A stretch of DNA of 64,000 bases, from positions 171,762 through 235,761 of IMG/VR virus record IMGVR_UViG_3300046171_000231. One strand, written 5' to 3'. This document shows positions 28,930 to 44,100 of the stretch, piece after piece; the stretch's first letter is position 1, and each line of letters opens with the position of its first letter. A program made the position numbers and the translations under genes. The notes beneath the pieces were generated by a model. The model saw only the letters and a program-made list of their open reading frames with translations, had not been told where the DNA came from and did not search any database.

Positions 28930-31900
28930 TACGCTAGAGCTATTATTCTTAAATCTCTTAATCTAACTGGAGTGCATTCATTCGTTGATATCATTACAAT
29001 TTTTATAGTAAATCCAGTAAACTGTTGTAAATCATCGGCAGTAAATTGATAATCATTAAACTCATCAAAACCACTAGAGATAACACGAGCATCTGGTCTA
29101 CCATCATTATTTGCTTCATCAATTACTTGATCACCGAATCCATCTCCATCAGAATCAATTAAATTTTTAAAGCCTGGAAATGCTCTATATGTTAATGATA
29201 CTTCAGAAGAGTCTGCACAGTATAATCTATAGAATACTCTAAAGTCTGCTTCTGGTGCAACATTGGCACCAACAATAACTTTTAATGAAGTTGCAGGTTG
29301 CTCTAAATCAACTCTTTCAGATACAAATACTGAACCATGAGGATCATTGAATATTCGATTTGTACGTGAGTCGGTTGCATAATTATCTAATCCAATAGGA
29401 TTATTAACTTTATTTCTTCCAAATATGAATGTTGCATTTTTTAAATCTACAACTGGTGATAAATTTGCATCTCCACTTACTAAGTCTAAATCTACATAAA
29501 ATGATTTTTGTTTAGGAAGATTTGTTAATTTATCTTCATTCACTGTTGATGTAATCAATCTTGGAGTTTCAAAGAATTTAAACGAGTTAAGTGATACTGG
29601 TTCAATTCCTTGATCTATGAATGATACTTCAGAACCACCTGCACTTGTTCCACTAATTGTTCTTACTGAAGCACTTAAATCTGTGATATTTCCTGGTGTT
29701 AGGAAATTAATTTGAGGTTCAAAGGAACTAAACTGATGATTTTGTGAAATTTTTGTATTGTTCCCACCAAATGCTTTTTCATCTCTGAAACACAATAGTG
29801 AATTTCCAGTTCTTTGATTCAAAGGATCTAAAGCAGTACGATTGACTTCAAGGTAATAATTATCAATATCTGAATTATTTTTAAGTGTTGTATTAGTTGG
29901 AATAGTATGAATAGTGTTGATTCCTACTAATGATACTCCAGCTGCTTCATATGTTTGAATACTTGCACCTTCAGGATGAGGTAATGCAACTGTGTTTAAA
30001 ACACCTCTAGTAAGTGTAAGTTGTCCTGTGCCAACAACATAAGATACAATTTCCTCTTCAATTAATGCTTCACCTCTATCAGTTGAAATACCAGAGAATG
30101 ATGAGAAAGGTACAGTATTGCCAAGTGAAACTGTTGTACTCTCTGCAGTCAGTGATGAAGTTGAAGGAACTATAAGTGTGTCTGGTTTAACATTTCCTAT
30201 TTCTATCTTGTTATTTGCTCCATGATGTGCGTGGTTGTACTGTGTGACCTCAAATACATTACCTGCATACAAATCACCATTTACAACTGAATCGCCATTT
30301 ACAGCAACGTTAGCAATAACTGCTCTTGTATCATTACCAGCACCATATTGTACTAATGGTTCGTTATTAGTAAACTTCTCTCCTTGAACATCAGTTAGAT
30401 AGAGAGTATCGAATGTTGAGTTGATTGAATCAACAACAAATTTTAATCCAGCACCTCTGACTACACCACTATGACTATTATCGACTGTTAAGACATCACC
30501 AACTTGATAACCAGTTCCAGCAGATTGTACTGCTACTGCAGTAACTACCTCATTGGATACTGTTGCAGTTACTGTGCAACCAGATCCACTTCCTGTCAAA
30601 GCAACTGTACTAACGGTTCCACTTATACTATATCCTGAACCACCTGTTACAACTTCTTCAGTTGATATAGGAGCACCTTGACCCTCAATAATACCTGTTA
30701 CACTTTGATCTTCTGAATCACCAGCAGCACCTGTGCTTACTTTTCTACCAATTGGTAAATTAGAATTTGTTCTTGTACCACTACCATCAATTGTTACCTT
30801 TAACTTTCTAGGTAATGAACGAACAGGGTTGTCAATTAACAATTGTGTATTTGCATTTCCTGGTTCAATTGGTGTATTGTACATTCTGACAACACCTTCA
30901 TCGACAAATTGTGCTTTACGAAGTTTGAATGCTAAGTCTTGATTCTGAGATGCTGTCCAAATTGTACCGTTCTGAGATTTGAATAAACTACCACCAAGAT
31001 ACTGCTTAGAAACTACTACATTTTGAACATCAGGTAATTGTGTTGTTTTAACTGATTTTTCACCCATTGTTGCACACCACATTGTGTACTTATCAGTTGA
31101 TGCTGATATAAACACTAATGCAAATTCCTCTCCTTGTGGCAAGTATACTGGAGATGGGAATTTAAATGTAGTTGGTACAGAGGCATCATTTGAGACATTA
31201 ATATCTTCTGGATTTACGACAATTTCACAGAAATCCTGTACTAAGTTCTCAGTTGGAGCTCCAAATCCCATAGTTCTTAATTGAACTGTTAATTTAGCAT
31301 TTGGGTCTTTAGATGCAAAATAAACATCAAATGAGGTTAAAAATGCACCTGTTTCATCAACTGTAAATGATTGACATAACGGATCTCTTCCACCTGACTT
31401 TTTCCAAGATTTTCCTTTTCCACCTTCTTTCCTTTAGATTTCCTTCTCCTCTTCGCCATTGCTTTTGCTTTGGCTTGTCCTTTGCTCTCCTTTGTCTTCT
31501 TTTAAGTGTCCTACCCCATCCACCACCTCTTCTGGTAGTAGTAGTTCTTTCTCCAGTTACTTCTTCACTAGTAGATGTTTCAGTATCAACAGTTACAGTA
31601 ACTTCATTTTCTTTTACTGGTGGACGAGGTGGATTTCTTACTTGAACTATAAAATCCCTTTGAGTTAAAACTGTTCCAGTTCCAAGGAAGGTTCCAGTAG
31701 AACTACTTAACATTGCTAAATCTCCAGGTAATGGAATAGATCCATCAGGAGTTGAAGTTACTTTAAATGATTTTGTTCCTGTTGTAAATAAAGTAGGTGG
31801 TTTTGGTGTTTTATTTGCATTTCTAAAGAAGAATGATCCAATTAAATCTCCCCAATTATCCGAAAATAGTGTAGTATTAATTACTGTTGCTACAGCACCA

Positions 31901-34900
31901 CTTGATTTACCAGTTAATTTTGCACCTTTAATAAGGTATCCAAAATATTTTTCATTATTAGCAAGTCCAATTATATCAGTATTAAATAATTTTGATGTTG
32001 CAGAATAAGTTGCTGATGGTGCTGGTCTTGTGCGATCATATGGATCAATGATATATTTTTCTACACTTACAGAAGGTGATCCTAATGATGATTGAACTTC
32101 TGGTCTGTTTTCATCACCATACTTATGATTTGGTTCTTGAGATCTAATTAAACCTATTTCTTTTCCATTTAATTCAACCTTTACATCTTCAAATATAGAA
32201 AATGTACCAGAGTTCATTTCAATCTCAGTTAATTTAGGTACTATATCTGGAACACCACTATCTAAGAAATGATAGTGTTTTGTGAGTGGCTTCAAACCAC
32301 TAGCATAGAAAGCAACGTTTCTAGATCTCATAAATGGATCTACAATACTTGATACCTTTGTACTTTCAACGTAATCTTTTTCCTCTGATGGACCAACTAA
32401 TTTGTTTGAAAAACTTTTTTCAATCCTTCGAGTGACCTGTGTACTACTACTCGCTCTTCTTAATGTTTGAGTTTTGGTATAAGTAGTTCTACCACTACGT
32501 CTGGTAGATGTACGGCTATATTGTTTTCCTCTAGTAGTAGTTGTCTTACCTCTAGTTTTTGTATCTGAAACTACATTTGTACTTTCGACCCATCTCGCAC
32601 CAGTTGATTCTATTCTTGCATTATTAACATATATGGTTCTTGTCCAATTATCAGAAGGAGGATCTAATATTACTAAACCTGAAAAAGCAACCACATTGAA
32701 TGGGTTAACATTTTCAACTGATGTTGCTTGAGGTTGTTCAATCCAATCTATTTCTTCATAGTCTAATGTAATTAAGTCTCCAGTTTTTTTACAATTTGAA
32801 TCTAAAAGTTGCAAATTAGAATTCATATCAGCAGTTTTAACATCGATTGCAGTATTCAATGCAAGTTCAGGATTCATTGACCAAAAATCAACTGCAGAAA
32901 TCAACTCTTTATTGTCTACATCAACATCACATTTTGAACCACCTTCAGGATTAAAATCAATAAAATCTCTATTTTTAAAATTGTTTACAACAAAACCAGT
33001 TTTAAATCTGTTTAAACCATTTGCATCTTTAACTGAGAATGATTTTGTATCCAATTCTAATTGACTTAGAGATGTTATTTGCTCTAAATTTTCAATTCTT
33101 TGTTCAAGTGCTCCAATATCACGCATTGTGAATCTACGATTATCTTTTAATCTAATCTCCGCATCTCTTATATCATACAAATATGGTGGTAAAATTATTG
33201 TTGCAATTTCCATTGCATCACTATTACTTGAAGGTTCAGTAGGATTTTCTGCTGACTCTCCAAGAAATACCTCCATACCTTCATCATAATCCATAAGTAA
33301 CTTATCAATTCTACCAAGATAATGATTAAGACCAAGTAATGCACTTTCATTTGGAGTGATTACATATGGATTTGTTGATTCAAAAGCTCTGCTTGTAAAT
33401 GCAAATGGTGAGGCTCCACCACCACCATAAACATATGGTGATACTCTAGGTCGATAGTCAAGAATATCTGATGCTTGAATTCCAGATATATCGGGAAGAT
33501 CTTTAGTATATCTTTCTGGTGAATATGAATTGACTGTAAAGAAATCTCCACTATTTCCACTTGCTACTTGATATTGATCAAATATAATCAAAAGTTTTTT
33601 AGATGGAACAGCAGAATGAGCATTTCTAATAATTCTAGAATAATCACAATATTGATCTTTATGACCTTTATCTAATGAATAATTACTTGTTCTATCAACA
33701 AAGTTACCAATAGTTACTCCCTGTAAAACAGTCTCTACAGATGACTCATTAAATTTAACAATTTCTCCAATTGTAAATGTACTATCATTTAAATATACAA
33801 AATCAACAGTATTTGCAGTTCGACTTACAATTTGTCCAATTGCACGACTTTCTTGACCTTTTATTTGCTCTCCAACTATAGTGCTTGCATTTAGTGCTAA
33901 ACCAGATACAAATGTTAGTTTATCTAAAACTGGTGTATTTGTATCTTTAGATTCATAAACAGCATGCACCTTAACAACATCTGGAACATTTAATGATATT
34001 TCTTCATCTTCAACTCTCAATCCATAACCTCTACTCTGAGCTAATCCATTAAATGGAGTTGCAACTCCTTGAGTTCTTGTTACTTCAAGTGTTTGACTCC
34101 TTAAGTAATCTTTTGATTTACTTGTGATTCCAAGTTTTTTGAGTGTTACATTAACAGTCGCATTTTGGTTATTTTTAGATAAACCACTAAATGTGATTGT
34201 ATTTGCATTATTTGTAATTGAAACTTGATCTTTTTTTAATGGTTCTGTTGTACCATCACTATAATGAATTGAATATCTTTCTTGATCGAATGGTTCAAAG
34301 AATACGCTTGTAATTCCTACAGAAGTTGTTAAACCAACAGATGAATTAAATGTTATTTCACTACTGTTAATATTTGTTGGACCACCTGTTATTTGTTTTG
34401 CAATAGTTAAATCTGAATTTCCAAAATCAACCAGTGAAACATTTGGTTTTGGTAATTCAGCAAAAATTCCAGAAGTTTCAAGATTTAAAATTTTGGGAAC
34501 TTTAATTCTAAATGTAGATGATGTTGTTTTGCTTGTTGCAACTGTTCCTCCATCACATATACCTGCAACACTAGCTGTTGTTCCTAAAGTTAATGTTTTA
34601 CCATCAACTGATATGCCAGTAACTTCATTAAAAATAGGAACAGATCCAGTTCCAGCATTAAATGATATAATTGATCCTGTTTGAATACCTACTTTACCTG
34701 CAAAGTTGCGATTTGACTGCTGTTGCAGCAGTTCCTACAATATTAATTTGATCAGTTAAAGAAAAACCAGGCAATACACGGTCATATAATACTGTATCAG
34801 CACTGAAATCAGATAATAAACCAGCATCAATTCCATTCGCATCTTGAAATACTGATTTAACATCATCAATTGTATATGTTACTATTTCTCGAATAGATGG

Positions 34901-36526
34901 TTTCTCATATCCACTTAATCTTTCATTAATTACTAATTGTTCTCCAACAATAAATGTTCCTGTTGTTTGAGATACTACTATTTCATTAGATCCTGTAGAA
35001 CCACCATCTTTAGCAGCAAAACCTTCAGCACCACTTGAAAGACCTCTAACTTTCATTCCTTTTACTACACCTGATGATGTAAATGCACTACACTTTAATA
35101 CAGTAAATGTTTGAATATCATAAAGGTATAGATCGAAACTAGATGCTGCATCTTTGTAAGTATCATCAGTCAAAGAATAAAAGTAAACTCTTGCTTCACC
35201 AACTTGTAAACCATTCGCAGCGTTACTACCTGCTTTTCTCTTTCCTTGTAGTTGAATAATATTTCCTGTTGTTCCTCCAATACTAACAACAGGAGCTCCT
35301 TGGGCATTGTTTACTCTGATTAAACTTCCCATTTCAAAAGGAACTGATATTCCTTGAATATTTTGAGTATCTCTTGGTTTATCAACATCTAAAATAGTTG
35401 TACCAGATACTTCTACGTCAAATCCTTTTATATAAGCTCTACCTGGTGATATATTAACACACATTAGATCCTCATCAGGTTCATTTCCATCATCAGTAAA
35501 TCTATCATCAGTGAACAACCCATCCGAATCTATCTCATCATTTAATGATTCCTGAATGTTTACACGAAACTGTTCAACAGAATAATCACCTGATTCGTCA
35601 TATGTTCTTCTTGCAAAGTAAGTTACTATTTCACTATAAATTGATTTATCTTGTAATTTTTTAATTCCACCATTATCAACTCTCAGTAATTCTATAAAAT
35701 TTGTATCTTCATAGTCTGTTAATGACTTTTTAGCAAGTTTTACTGATATCTTGAATCTATCTGCACCTGGTGCAGCAAAGTTTGTAAATCCTTTTGCATT
35801 ATCATATAATGAAGAATCATCATTTGAGTTTATAATTTCTTCTGATACATCAAATCCAACTCTATATGATGGATTTATTGAATATGGATCTAAAATAATT
35901 TGTTGAGTTGGTACGTCTACAAATGTACCACGTATAAAATATATTCCAGCAGTCACACCAAAGGCAGAACCAATTGCAGTTGCATCTTCTGATGCTAATG
36001 TTAAAACAGTTTCACCTATTGTTATTGTAGTATTACCATATGTTAGTGGTTCCTCTAATATTAAAACTTCTCCATCTGGAAATGCAGTGCTTTCACCATC
36101 TGTTCCAGATTGTTGATATTTTAAGAAAATTGTTATTTTATCTACACCTTCTGCTGGAGGTAATATAAAATTCTTTATTGTTGCGACTATTCCTGATGTT
36201 TGACCTCTTACTCTTAATCCTTTACCATCATTAGCTGCTATTATATTACTTAAGTAAACAGAAACATCAATGCCGAGATGTGTATCATTTACTTTTGCAG
36301 AAAAATATGTATTATCATATTCAATAGCACCAGGTATGACCATTGAACCTTCTTTAAACAGATGCTTACCAAAAGATTCAACTTGATTTTGTAATAGTGA
36401 CTGTAACCCAGTTAACTCCCTTGCCTGTACTGGATATCCAGGTTTAAATAGGATTTTATAAAATTGATCATCCTTATTGAAATCATCATAATAAGGTGAT
36501 ATATTTAAATTAGTCTTTTGTGGCAT
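28929..36526 (-). CDS. Giant virion structural protein (DUF4815/VrlC-like, ~2500 aa), split by indels near 34713 and 31400-31500
   Basis: Starts MPQKTNLNISPYYDDF...LFKPGYPVQARELT. The ORF fragments join after single-base corrections (GTCAAATCGC to V-N-R; ...GGRDPLCQSFTV continues into 28929..31271). Confidence 0.85.
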
Positions 36527-36528
36527 TT

Positions 36529-38121
36529 TTAGAATTCGAGTATGATTTTAATGTCTTCTTTTTGACGAGAGTTTCTAACAATTAATGGTCTATTATCTAG
36601 GTAAACTATTTCACCTGACCCTTTATTTATCTCAGAATTAGAAAGTCCTGAAATAAAGTTCACTCCTAAGTTAATTAATTTATTACCTGTAGGATTTGTT
36701 GTTATACCAGAAAAATCTCTAGAAATTGCTCCAGAAAAGAATGAACTCTTTCCTGTAACATTATTTGCACCAACAACAGATTCAAAATCATATATTCGAC
36801 CTGCAGTTGAAATACCTGCATAGTCGGTGTGATCGTATGTTGTTCTATTAAAGTTAAGAGAACGATCTCTAAAATATTTTAATACTTTAGTTTCTGAATC
36901 ATACGAAGCAATGTAACCTGTCGAAACTTTTCCTGTATTTGGAGATACTGTTAATACTTGTTTAACTTCTTCACCAACTTGTGGTACTCCAGTTACAGTG
37001 TCAAACTTAATTGCTTGTAATGAAGAGTAAGTATTATCAGTATATGTAACTGATGTTCCTACTTTTGTAGGATTTTTTACCACACCAACTTGTGAAAACT
37101 TTGTATCTATTGGAAAATCCTTAGTAGAATCATCAAATCTTGCATAAACAATAACTCTATCCGTTCCTAATTCAGTATAAACATCTGAACCATGACCTAA
37201 ACCTGGTGGAATGATAGGTATGAGTTTCGCTCTACCAGTAGATGTACTAACACCACTACTTAAAGTTCCTAAATCAACAATGCCATAACTATAACCTTTA
37301 CCTCCAGCACTTACAGTAACATCTGTAATTGTACCATTTACAACATCGACTCTTGCTTTTGCACCATCACCATCGCCTATTATATCAACTTCTTGGCTTA
37401 AACCATTAGCATAACCACTTCCTGCATTTTCAATGTATACGTGTTTGATTTGGTTCTGGTTTACAGATGAGTCACCGTTTTCACGGACTGATCTAATTTG
37501 AGAATCTTGACTAGAGTTCCAACTATTTGGGACAGTAATAAATTCAGTTGAGTCAAATTTAATAATGTCACTAGGTGAAACAGTGAAAAGATACTTCCAA
37601 AGATATCCATCACCACTATTTCCTGCTTTTGATGGTTCCAAATCAGTGAAGGTTGGTTCATCTTGGGAGACATTTCCAAGTGGGTTAGAACCTGTTGATC
37701 CATTATCAATACAAACGTAAACTTTGAAGTCGGAATTAAGTACGTAGTAGTTCGCATCATATAATCTATTTGCTGCTGTTAAAGGACTTGGATTTTCTAC
37801 ACTATAATCATCTCTATAAATTTCATATCTACTTCCTGCAACCCAATCAACTCTTCTTATAATTCTTCTAATATTAGAGGATGCTATTTTTTTACCAAAC
37901 ATCATCGTATCACCTGTATGTGAACGATATGAAAAACTATCAGTTGGTGCAGGTGTACTAGAGTTCCAATTAGAAGACCTACCATACCCAACTAATGTTG
38001 AAGTACCAGCTGGATTAGGTAATCCAATGAAAACATAATATGAATTATTTGTGTTTTCTACTGATTCAACAAAATTGTTAGCGTTTAGTATTCTAAATTG
38101 ATCAGTAATAATCGCTGACAT
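36529..38121 (-). CDS. gp8: Baseplate wedge protein gp8
   Basis: MSAIITDQFRILNA...DFKVYVCIDNG...DGYLWKYLF...RQKEDIKIILEF. Confidence 0.93.
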   Translation of the reverse strand: MSAIITDQFRILNANNFVESVENTNNSYYVFIGLPNPAGTSTLVGYGRSSNWNSSTPAPTDSFSYRSHTGDTMMFGKKIASSNIRRIIRRVDWVAGSRYEIYRDDYSVENPSPLTAANRLYDANYYVLNSDFKVYVCIDNGSTGSNPLGNVSQDEPTFTDLEPSKAGNSGDGYLWKYLFTVSPSDIIKFDSTEFITVPNSWNSSQDSQIRSVRENGDSSVNQNQIKHVYIENAGSGYANGLSQEVDIIGDGDGAKARVDVVNGTITDVTVSAGGKGYSYGIVDLGTLSSGVSTSTGRAKLIPIIPPGLGHGSDVYTELGTDRVIVYARFDDSTKDFPIDTKFSQVGVVKNPTKVGTSVTYTDNTYSSLQAIKFDTVTGVPQVGEEVKQVLTVSPNTGKVSTGYIASYDSETKVLKYFRDRSLNFNRTTYDHTDYAGISTAGRIYDFESVVGANNVTGKSSFFSGAISRDFSGITTNPTGNKLINLGVNFISGLSNSEINKGSGEIVYLDNRPLIVRNSRQKEDIKIILEF

Positions 38122-38166
38122 TGTATCTAAACTTTTCTTTTCCTTTTATTTATAGAGGTAATGTAA

Positions 38167-41100
38167 TCAAATTCCAAACACTCTAATCGCACCTGATGAT
38201 CTAAGACCTCTAAGAGACGATGTAGTGTAGTTCTTTCTTTGTATTGTTGGGAAGGTTGCCAAACCAGAATTGACTGTCAATCCAGTCACTCCGATTGAAA
38301 TTGGACTACTACTCCTAGATGCATTATATATTCTACCCCAACTGATTCGACCTAGATGTGTAGCAATACCAGGATTACTATTATTAAAGTTTCCTGTGAG
38401 TCCAGCTCCCACACCAGTAATTTGTCCATTCTGAATATTACAAGTAATCTCACCATTTTCACCAGTAGAAGCAACTGCGTGAACTTTATAGATGTTATCT
38501 AAGAAAGTTGATCCAATTCCCACAATGGATGAATTATGAGTATCAACAGATGTAATACCAGTTCCAACTGTTGTATCTTTGATAAACACTGGATAGTTTA
38601 CTAATAATGAGTTCGCTGCTTTATCTGCCCTAAAGAAGAACTTAAGTGCTGATTGACCACTAACTGTAGTTGTACTTATGCCAGTAATAATACCAGTAAA
38701 TCCTTCTACATTACTAATTGATGTAATTTTTTCAGTTTTAAAAGTTGGTAAGTTAATAATAACTTGTGGTGGAGTTACGTTTGAATAACCAAATCCTGCA
38801 TTAGTAACATTTATCGCTGATATTGAACCATTTGTAATTGTAGCAGATGCTGTCGCAGTTGTTGCCACTCCTACAGTTCCATCAGATTGTATGAATGTTG
38901 CAACTCCAACTAATGGAGAACTAATTTTTACTGTAGCACTATCATATCCACTTCCTACATTTGTAATATCAATTGAAGTTATTGTACCTGCTGCAGATAC
39001 AATCGCTGTTGCAGATGCACCAACATTTACTTCCCCAGAAGTTACAAGAGCATCAACAGTGTTATATTCTAAATTATAGTCACCATCAGTCTCATCTGGA
39101 TTAGTAGCGGTTAAATGATCACCTTTTTCATAGAAGAATACCTCTGCATCGTCAACAAATATACCGTTAGTATTTTGTGTTCCAGATGTAGTTGTGTAAT
39201 CACCAATTATTTTTGAGGTAGGATAGACTTGTGGTTCAAGAATTTCTCTTGATTTATCTATTTTCTTACCACCTAAGATAATATCAACTTTTTGTTTTGT
39301 CCATCTGATTGGTTTATTATTATTTTCATCAATACCAGCTCCAGTGTAAATATCAGTCTCAACAAGTTTTGCACCAAGTAATTCTTTTAATGTTCTTTCC
39401 GCTTCTTGTGAAGTTGTAAATCCAACAGGATGTTTGAATAATCTTAATTCATCACCAATCTTGACTGTTTGTTGGATATCTGCAGTATCTACATCAACCC
39501 CATCTTGTCCTTTGTAGAAGAAGATATCAACTTTTGCTTCAGGTCTTGGTGCTTCAACAAATTCAAATGTAGTACCACCTTCAAATGTATATGCAGAACT
39601 TGGTTCTTGTAAAACACCATTTATGAATATGAGAAGAACTGAGTTTAAATCAATTAATTGTGAACGAGAATTATTAAGATCTTTTTCAAAACTTAGTAAT
39701 TGACCGTTGAAGAATAACGGGAATCTTGTTCTTGAACCATCTTGTAAATTTTGAATACTATCAATAAAGTCTATTTCACCAAATTGCCAAGCAGAGAATT
39801 TATCTTGGAAAATTTGTGTAACCTCTAATTCAAATTCTTGTATTGGTGCGGATAAATGTGATGCAGTTACTAATCCAACTGGTTTAAACTTATCACCAAC
39901 TTTGAATGAATGTCCAGGTCTTGCGATAGAGAATTCTGATATTTCAAAAGTAGTAGATCCAATACCAACAGTTGTTTTAGCAGCACTAACTTTTACATCA
40001 ACTAATAAAAGTGATCCAGAATCAGTTGTTGCACCTATACCCTGTCTTGAAACACCTATAATTGGTAAATTATCATAATTTGGTTCAGGAATTATAATTT
40101 CAGGATTAACATAACTTGTACCAGCAGAAACAATATTAAATGCAAGTGTACCTCCAACACCTACTGTTGCTGTTACAACTGCACCTGTACCACCGCCACC
40201 ACCTTGACCAACATTTAATGTAATCGTGTTAGTTGTAGTTGCAGTAATCGCAGTTTGAATACCAGCGATAGGATCTGAGTTAGGGAAACTTGTCTTAGAT
40301 ACTGAACGAGGATATGGATGGTCTGAGAAGAAATTATCTTTTGAACACTTGAATACTAAACCACCAGTATCAATACCAACTGTATCACTAGTTGTTAATC
40401 CGTGACTTGGAATTGTAAGAACAAGAGTTCCTGTATGAGATGTGTAAACTGCATTTGTTGCAGTAAACGCATTACCAGCAAAGTTTGATTGTCTTATTGA
40501 ACCTACACCAGCACTTACAAATCTATGAACATATGCTTGATCTGTAACACCAATTGCAACAGAACCACCACGATATCCTGAACCAAATGTAAGATCTTCA
40601 AAGAACTCATACGCATTACCACCACCTTGATAAGTATGAGGTATTGTGCTTGCACCTGCCTGAACTTCAAATGTTCTATCAGAAACTATACCAACAACAA
40701 ATAATGGTCTTTCATGATCTTGGAAGATTGTTGTTGTGACACCAACATATCCACCACCACCAATTGTTTTTACTGAGTTTGCAGCAGCGGAAACAAATGT
40801 ATGAACATACTGGTCACTTGCAGCAGATGCACCAACATTAACTCTAAATGTATTTGTAGTTCTGTTACTAACTGTTAGATATTGACCAGCAGCAGGGTCA
40901 GTTGCACGAGGATAACAATGAGTAGAATTATTACTATCTTTGTCACAAGTAAAGCAAATAGAACCCGTATCAAGAACAACAGCATCACCATTTGCTAATC
41001 CATGATTTGCGATAGTTAATACTAATACACCAGTTGCTGGATTATAAGTTGCATTTGTTGGTGTACCAACAACTGTTTTTGGACATACAAATTCTAAACC

Positions 41101-44100
41101 TTTAAGTTTAACAGTATTTGGTCTTTCTAAACCAAATCCATGAACACTGTTTGTAGTAACTGTAATAATACCTGTGAGATTATCATATGCTGCAGTTTGT
41201 ATTCCAAGATTAAATCCTGAAGATGTGCCGATACCAACAATACTTGTTAATCCACCAGTAGCATTTTTAAATGCTTTTACCTTTGCACCTTGTAATGGAG
41301 CATATCCTGTGCCTGGTGTTGAACCTAATGAAACAATTAATCCACCTCTTGGAACTTGGTTTTGATTAATATCAAATTCAGATACGATAAAATCACCATT
41401 TGTAGAAGTGATACCACTGAACTCCACAGTCGATATACCAGCTGTTGTGTCTGATATAAATTCATAATTATTTCCAGTATTGTTAATTGTTTTTGGAGTT
41501 TGGAATACACCGTTAATGAATAAAACACCGTTTCCTACCCCAATACCTGAAGAAGTATTTGCACCACCCACAGTTAATGAATAAGTTTTACCAATACCAG
41601 TAAAGTTATCGGATATATCATCAAACAACATATTTGTTGTATAATTACTCCTTAAGAATGTTCTGCCACTAAAGTCTGCTTTTACAAATGGTAAGTTAGT
41701 TTCATCTCTCCTTGATCTATTATTTCCTTTAGGTGGTTCTGCAAAGAACACACTACTTTCAACTATATTAAATGCACCTCTATGAACCCTCGCTGTAGTG
41801 TTTGCAAGGTGTGAAGTTGCTGCAATACCTAATTGACCTCTTTCAACTTTTACAACTGGTAGAGTCGCAATACCTAATGCTACATCAGTTGAATCATTAA
41901 TTACTCCTTCAGAAACACTTGAGAAACCAACTTCAGTAACTTTCACATACTCATCATCAATTTTAAGGAAGTCGGTTGGTGCAACTGACCCAATTCCACT
42001 TAATACAAACTGTGAAAGTCCAATACCTATATTTGAATCTAAATTATGGGTAATAGAAGTAAATGAAACTGGTTGTTGTACAACACCATCTAAACCAATA
42101 ATTGTTTTTGTTAGTTGTTTTCTCATAGTAAGTTTATGAGAATTACCTCCACCAAATCCTGAAAATGTTACCGCAATACCTGTTGAAACATATTCAGGTC
42201 TTGTATATAATTCAAATCTATTTTCATCAATAACTTTAGCATAAACTGTGCTTGGTAATAATGTTGTTACAACACCAGCAATATTAGATGTTGAACCAAT
42301 AGAGATAGCAGTTCCAGCAATACCTATAAATGTAGAATCAGGAGTATAAGTTAATTCTTCATTTGTGTTAAAGAAATGACTTGGAATACTAACGACACTT
42401 GTTGTAGTGCTGATTGTACCAACAGGATTAAAAGTTTTAGAATAAATTGGAACTTCATTATGTTTTAATACAAAATCTTTTTTGTTAGCTCTAAGACCAG
42501 CAGCACCATCATAAGTTGTTAAGAAAACTTTTTGATTAACAGTACCATAAGTTAAATCAGGAGGTGTGTTTTCAAAATCACTTGCTGTATATAATATTTG
42601 ATTGTAAGATTGTACCTCAATTAATGAATCAAATTCTGCATCTGGATAAAATCTTAAGTTTATGTTGTCACCACTTATTTCACCACCAAATGTTCCAATA
42701 CCTGTTGTTGATCCTGCAGATACAAATGGATATTGAACAGTTAAAATATCATCAACATCACGAATTGATATAACTTGATGAACTGCAGATGTTTCCCCAC
42801 AAGAAACTCTGACTAAAGATTTAACAGTACTATCAATTAATTTGTTTATTGTTGCATATGTTATTGTACTTGCAGTTCCAGTAACATACCCAGATTCTAA
42901 TCTTGCACTTCTTTCAGCACCTGCAGGTTGACCAGCAACAGAAAAACGATAAGTTCCAATTCCAGATGCAGTTGAACCCAAGCCAACAACATTTGATCTA
43001 ACTGTAAGAGGATTAACTCTATCATTTTCAACTTGTAATTTAACTAAATTATTTTCAACTCTTGCTGTTATAACACCAACAACACTATTACTTAAACCAG
43101 ATGATGTATCAACATAAGTTTGAGAAATTGTTGTATCTGTTCCATCATAATCAACAATGACCTCGTTATAGTTCATTTCTTTTGTCAAACTATCTTGAAC
43201 TAATACAGAAGCATGTAAACTGTTAAAATCGTATGAAGGAACTTCAATAATAGATGAAGTTGTGAATCCGACAGTTGTTGATCCAACACCAGCATTTACA
43301 CCAGTTAAATCAACGCTACCGATTCCGTTTGTACCAATACCTGTTAAATCTGTATTGAAATCAATTTTAAGAAGTTTTATGTCATGATCTTTTAAGAATT
43401 TTTCTGTTGGAGTGAATAAAAGATTTTTAGTTCCTGTTGCTAAAATTTCAGTACTAAAATCACCTAATTTAAGTGTTGTAAAATCAGTTGTTTTTTCAAG
43501 AATAAATGCATCATTTTCAGTAGTTAAAGTTACGATTTCTGAGAATTGAATATCAAAAGTATCAGGATCAATAATTTGTACTAGGTAATTTGCAAAATCT
43601 TCAATTAGAGGTTCTATAACAGTATTAGTGCTTTCAAATCCTTCACTAGAAAAATCATCACTTATATCATCGTGTAGTAAAACTCTATTTGTTTTGCATC
43701 TTGTAAAGTCGGTTAAAGTTCTATTTTGAAGTGTTAAAAACTTAGAACCATTAATTCTTGAGTCATAATCCTTTGCAAAGTCAAAATTATTAATCGCATC
43801 TACTCTCTGTTTATCATTAAGCTCAAGTACGTTACCTACATCTAAAACAACACTTTGATTTGATTCACGAACTGTTCCAAATCCAACTTCAATATTAGAT
43901 GTAATTGTAGTATCAGAAAAATTCTTGAGTCCAGATGGATGAACTAAACGATTTATCGGATTAACAAATTTTTCCCATTCAATTGAACTCTTAACTGTAT
44001 AAGATAGGTTCTGATAATAATCATTGTCAGGTATAACTTGGTAATCTTCATTTAACTTACCTATATCATCTAACCATCCATACTCTTGCCTGTTTGAAAA

